NCBI GenBank assembly: GCA_905178155.1
Contig: CAJINV010000004.1
Location: forward strand, 6,364,828-6,428,827
Source: Amoebophrya sp. A120
Lineage: Eukaryota; Protista; Dinoflagellata
DNA length: 64,000 nt
Reading direction: 5' to 3'
This document shows positions 58,520 through 64,000 of this stretch, piece after piece. The position numbers and the translations under genes are program-made. Within the stretch, counting starts at the first letter, position 1. Every line of letters starts with the position of its first letter. The notes under the pieces are model-generated. The model saw nothing but the letters and a program-made list of their open reading frames with translations, searched no databases and had not been told where the DNA came from.

Positions 58520-59678
58520 TCTGACGATTAAAATTTTGCTTCTGGTGTGGTGTGTGTTTTTTTGCTACCTTTTTCTACCGTGCTGATAAGTGAGTAGCTG
58601 TTCAAACTGTTAAAAGCAAAACAACAGATTCTGACCTAGGACAGACATAAACAAGACAAAATGCTTCTCTTTTGCAGGACCTCCAGGAGCAGCTCCACAG
58701 TAAATGCAATTGTAACTCGATCTAAACCATTAAAAAATGCAAGAGTAATATCCTGTGCCACACATACTTATCTTGCGATAGATTGACTACCATGTACAGC
58801 ATTTTACGAATTCAAAAAAAAATGCGCGGAGCCACAAACGCAAGATCTGATTTCCGCCTACAAACGCTTGCTAGAGAGCATAGGCAGCTTCCGATCGGAC
58901 GCTGCAAAAGAAAAAAATAATACTTAATTGTGATCTTTTTTGCTTGCTGGTTGCAAAGCTGGCGGAGAAAACTCTTTCATGTCAAAAAAGCTGAGGAACG
59001 CCGCCTTGTGATAGGAACCAACGAACACGGCGGTTGGAGGTGCAATTGATTCGTGGCTTCAGGACTGTTTAGTTCTCGACGCAGCTGGTGTCCTCTTGCT
59101 ATCGTTTTGGAGGTTTTTGTTTTTCTCAATTTTCTTCACATAAAATAAGCGCCAATTTTGTCTTCTTGTTTTCCACATTCATTCTACACAAGCACATTTT
59201 CTCGTGTGGGAAACTGTCTTCGGTTTTTCGTTTTCTGCGAAGCGCTCTTGCAAAAATCACAATGCTCCGAGAGAAGAGAAAGACAGAGCTGAAACACAAA
59301 CATGCAATGCTACTTCTTATTTCCACCTCAGAAGTCGTCCGGCGTGAAAATTATGTGTATCAATAAACTTGTAGTTCAGAGTACAGAATTTTTCAAGTGC
59401 AATCTTTCTAATCAGGGCGTGCTTTGCGCGTCGACTAGTTGCTGACATTCTTCGATGAATGCTCCGGGTCTACAATACCAGACGACCGCAAGAGGCAGCA
59501 CTTATAGCAATACGTAGTGGGCCACTCTTATTCCAACAAATACAATTTCTCTCCTGTCGCCGCTGGCATGCCGGATCAGTTCTTCTCCACTGAATTCTAG
59601 TGCGTCTGAAGACGTACATCATACAAATGCAAAGAAACTAAAGAACTACGCTAGAAAATAAATAAATCGCACACCACG

Positions 59679-62600
59679 TTACGGACGAACCTCCCCATGG
59701 TCCTCGCGGAAAAAACCCCGCCTGGGGGTAAAGTGCCGTTTCCCGGTTTTGAAGTCTACCGTTAGCTCGTAGTGCGCTTTGCAGTTACCTCCCAGCGGAA
59801 GCTCGACGGGCACCGTGACCTTCTTCCCCTTGAGATCGACCGACTCGCCTTTGCCGAGGCTAATGCTGCAAGCGAGAAAATTAACCAGCTCGTGATACAA
59901 CTGGCGAATATTGTGACGAAAAATCCCCCCTCCCCGTACCAAAGCGGGATACTTCTGAAAATTTGTGGTGCTGATTGAGACCGCCAATCGTCTCTCGATA
60001 TTGCAAGAAGGCAAATCCAAAAACCTGGCCGCTTTATTCTGCAGGTAATTTGTCATGCTGCACGGCCTGCGGAGGACGTGCCTGCCTTGCTAGGCGCCTA
60101 CAGCAAAACGCCCCTACTCCCGCTTTGTACCTGCCTGCACTCCTCTACTGCAAGACAAAGCCGATTTGCGTACACAAATCCCGCATCACAGATTTTCATT
60201 TCGATATGGGGAGGGGGGATTTTTCCTTTTGATAGCGAAACTGGGAGGTTTTCTTGTCCTCGTACTCTCCCACGCGCACTCCATTCTCCCGTGCCCAACC
60301 GAGCAGCATTTTCTTCCAACTTTTAGCGCTGTCCGTTTCTATCTCCCCGCTCTTTGTTGCGCAGTTCAAGATGGTCGTGCATGGCTCCTCGTTGGGAGGA
60401 GATAAGGTGTCGGAGGTTTGTTCGCAAACTCGACTCGGACGCCTTGATTGGTGGGGCCGGACCACCTGCCGTAGTGCGCGCTCCAATTTACCATGCGGAA
60501 AGATCTCAGCCGCAGAGACAACGAACGGGGAAGAATCTTTACACTTTGCTGTCGCGCCGTGTGGTCCTGCACGATCTGAAGGGAAGTAGCTTTTCGTGTC
60601 CTGATCATGCCCGGTTGCAGCAAAAGTGGTCGTCGCACCACTCGATTTTTGCCACAGCATCTCTTTTGTTTTTTCCGGCAAATTATTGTTTTCCACTGTT
60701 AGCAGATACGGAACTGTTTGCGTGACCCCCCTGTCCTGGTCTACACTGAGCCGCAAGGGCACCAAAATCTGTAACCCGCGGGTGGTGTCCGATAGCAATT
60801 CTAGCGGCATATGCATCAGGGCCGAACTCCCGAGATCCTTCGTGAGCACAATGTAGTTCAACACGGCATTGAACTGAACATCAACCGGAGATGAACTACT
60901 TCTACTTCCCGTAAAAGAAGTTCCTACATGATCCGAGGTAGTTGTACTAAGCGTCTTTATTTCCACAGCTCGCGCGTTATACAGCCCGAGTTTTTCCGCC
61001 CACGCAGACAGTGCGTTTTTCTGCTCCCCAGCAATGGGCAGGCGGAAAAAGTCCGCTTTGTCGTATCCGTTCACCAGGTCGGCCAACGCTTGCTCCAATT
61101 GCTTCTGCGGCGCGCCGCAAAATTCTTTTTGATGTTTCCCAGTGTTGCAAAGATCTTCGACAAGGTGGCATTCCGCCGAGCTGGAGGCACTTGAACTACT
61201 ACGCTGTTGACCGCTGCACAGAGGTAGTTCTTGCGGAAAGAGCAATTCGTCCCCCCACTGCTCACTCGCTGCCGTAGTTTCAGGCTGAAGTAGTCCTTTA
61301 TCAAGGCTGGTACGAGGACAGCTTGATGCTGTACACTCCTGAGAGGCTCCTGCAGTAGAAGATGCAGAGGCCACGCTATACGGTGTGGGCAAAAGACCTG
61401 GGTGCAGCCAGGTAGAAGATTGGCACGAGTCGCACTTACAACCAGGATGATAGGTTTTTTTCCTATCGCACCCAAGAAGACCAGCGACATCGACGCCCCC
61501 AGGATATAGTAGTAGTTCTTCCCCACTTTCTTCGCTGATTTTAGCCAATTGACGATGTTGTGCAGCTGGTGCACCGCAGGTGTGCGAGGACGTGCTCCGG
61601 TTTTCGACGACACGGTGGAACTTGTAGAAAACCGCCTCCTGCTCTTCTTCGTCCTGGTCGGAAGTACAACTAGGACCGCGCACGCCAACATTTTGACCGC
61701 TCTTACTGCTGCTGCTGCCTCCCCGCCCGCGCGGCACGCGCGATGAGTCCCAATTTAGATTTTCCTGTCGTGGCAAAAAACGGATATCTCCCAAACCGAC
61801 ACCCGAATGGACGTCATAGTCCAGAAAAGTAGTCGGCGGTTCGGGGACGCCAAACTTCTCCTTAAGCCGAGCGATGGTGACGGAAGGCGGACTCTTGTTT
61901 CCCTTTTTTTCTTGCTCGGCACGTCGTTCCTTGTCGAGAATCCTTGCTAAAAGCTCTTGCTCTCGTAGAGATGGTGCGGTACTACCCTGTTGGTCCTCAA
62001 GCGGCACTGGTGCTCCTTCTTGCGTGCTGACGGCGCCCGCGGTACTAGCTGCGGCATCACCAGGTCGGCTCGCCCAGACCTCCGGACCGCTGGCCCGTCG
62101 GTCGCCGGCTTCCTGACGTGGTTTTTGTTGATAATGATAGGCGGCCTGGTGGCGGGGTTGGCTGTAATTATTGCTATACCCGTGTTGATGAAAATGAAAA
62201 TCCAGCCCGTGTGAAGGTTCAGGTTGTGTAGTTGTACTCTGCAGCCCGGAGGCATTGATGTGGTGCCATGGAACAGGTGCAACATCCTGTCCTCCTTGTT
62301 CCGGCCAGCCGTGGGCGGCGCCACTGGTGCTACCCGCATCATGGCCGCTCCAACTATGCCACCCCGCTGCCGCTGGCAAGGATCCCGTGCTTCCCGCATG
62401 AGCCGATGGTGCCGGGTGGTCATTTTGAAGATCCTCGCCTCTTTCAAATGCTCTTCTCCGACTCACATAATCATCATAGTGCCAGCCCCGCGGAGCCTCC
62501 TCGTGCCCGTGCGTCTGCCTGGTCTGCCTCTGCGGAAAGGTCGTCCAACTGTTGCTCGCGCTTCTGGGCGCCAGACTGGGGCGCCAGTTGCTCCCCCGAC

Positions 62601-62811
62601 TCGTCCTGGGCGCTTGTTCTCTCTTATCTACTGGGCGCCACCGCAAGACTAAATCCCTGCCTCTTCTACCAGCGCTCCCCGTTTGTTCACCCTGACGACC
62701 AGGTGGATTGTACACGGCTGCTCCTTCCCCTAAAAGGGTGCGTTGCAGTCCCACCAATGCCAAAAGTGCGCAACCTCGGGTTATAGAGGTTTTTCGTCGT
62801 GAAGAAAACAT
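59679..62811 (-). CDS. Hypothetical secreted protein, 2 exons; probable distant paralogue of 56403-58519
   Basis: Signal-like GCALLALVGL. Introner excision gives QFRY|IRQLY. C-terminal YELTVDFKTGKRHF resembles YTLTVDLRTNEKWF. Confidence 0.7.
59912..60231. mobile_element. Introner family E, opposite orientation to 57110
   Basis: IR gaaaaatcccccctcccc / ggggaggggggatttttc, flanked tAT...ATa. Confidence 0.88.
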
Positions 62812-64000
62812 TTTGAGTTTCGTTAGTGGTGCGTCAAGTACAGAAAATTACAAGTTTGCAAATCAAATTGGTACAGATTTGGAGATGTATACTCCTTGAA
62901 ATTCGGTGACAATACTTTATGAGAAAACGCAAAACACAGACCAAAAAAAGGTCATGCAGCCTGTGATTAAACCAATTTGTCAATAATCAAAGCGTCGTGG
63001 GTAACAAGAACAACTCCCACCTGATGTTGTATGGCCCTTCCTGTTTTACTCCTGAAACCTCCACTCATAAAGATCATCTCGCACAGAGCTCATCATCTCC
63101 CTCATGAACCAGACCCGGTGCGCTTGATTTGTAGCATTTATAAGAGCAGCAACACTCTGTTACTGAGCCGGAGGAGGATCCAATTGATCGAAGAAGTCTG
63201 TTCTGTCGTTTCATCTGATTTTTCCAGTGCACGGTTTTCGCTGTATTTCTCTCGATCTAATTCCGCCATCCGTCGTCCCTCATTTACATCTTCCAGATGA
63301 ACATAATCGCCGTCCTTTGACAGCACAAGTTGTAGCAGGTCTGCATTTGATCTCTGCACGGAGCCGCTAATTCGGCCGCTTAAAATCTTCTGTTTCGAAA
63401 ATAAATCTGAAGAAGAGTGCTGTCGCTAGATTTTCATCGTTTCATCTACCGGTGATTCATTCTGCCATCGTACAGGAAACCTGAATTGTGCTGAACGAAG
63501 TTGCTTTCATCTCGAGGACATGTCGTTCAAGAACGCTGTCGTGCTGTCGCTGTATGTTTTTTCTTCGCGGTGAGCATCCATCTGTCGGTTACAGGTCTGG
63601 TAACATGCATCAAGCAGAACGATTGTATTATCCTCCTACAGTTCCTTCCTACTTGTAGCGGTGCTCGTAAGGATCTTGCCAAGTCACACTGTATCTATAC
63701 TTGTTGTACCTAAAACTTTCGAACCACAACTACCAGATTCACTCGTAACTCGTCGTCGATTCGTTTTTACAACTGCCGATTTCAGGTGGTAGTCAGCCAA
63801 GATTTGAAGCTTTTTTGAAACCGTATCATTTGAGAAACTCAAGTTTTTCGAAAGTTATCTGAACCGCACGACTTTTACTTTTTCTACTGCCAGCACACAC
63901 CGTAGGCTTCGTTCCGCACACACGTCATAGGGTGTAGTCAATCGCTAGTACCGCGGCTCTACTACTACTTACAACGCTCTACTTACCGCATCTCACAGCT

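Noticed and set aside
63138-63359. 73-aa minus-strand ORF near the window end
   Set aside because: An in-frame stop lies just upstream and no splice model or homology is recognisable; it could be an exon of a gene outside the window.
143-63713. Numerous plus-strand ORFs (for example 13077..13826 and 15960..16904)
   Set aside because: They are antisense shadows of minus-strand genes with no recognisable motifs.
1-64000. tRNA, rRNA, snRNA or spliced-leader genes; an autonomous transposase for the introners
   Set aside because: None recognised by eye. The only recombinase is the retroelement's YR, and nothing in the sequence links it to the introners.

Overview
Eukaryotic protist DNA. Every supportable gene lies on the minus strand, and many exons are split by inverted-repeat non-canonical introns (introners). 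This architecture matches what is described for the parasitic syndinean dinoflagellate Amoebophrya; the taxon is my inference, not verified. Host genes: a PFKFB-like kinase, ATG5, alpha-SNAP, a ~1956-aa protein with a C-terminal HxD...H oxygenase-like domain, an Mpv17/PMP22 protein, a PNPase-like protein with 3 KH domains abutting a CWF19L1-N-like gene, and several putative secreted proteins. Two systems stand out. (1) A complete 13.7-kb tyrosine-recombinase retroelement (19686-33348) with split direct repeats (A1...B1A2...B2). It encodes RT-RNaseH-methyltransferase-like-Macro, a recombinase, a Zn-finger Gag-like protein and about four accessory genes, and its genes carry at least 9 GT-AG introns. 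(2) Fifteen introners from 5 families that almost all sit in T-AT-A sites with an AT duplication. Removing the element plus one AT restores the reading frame in 13 of 15 cases, whichever way the element is oriented. All gene models were spliced by hand and have no transcript support.
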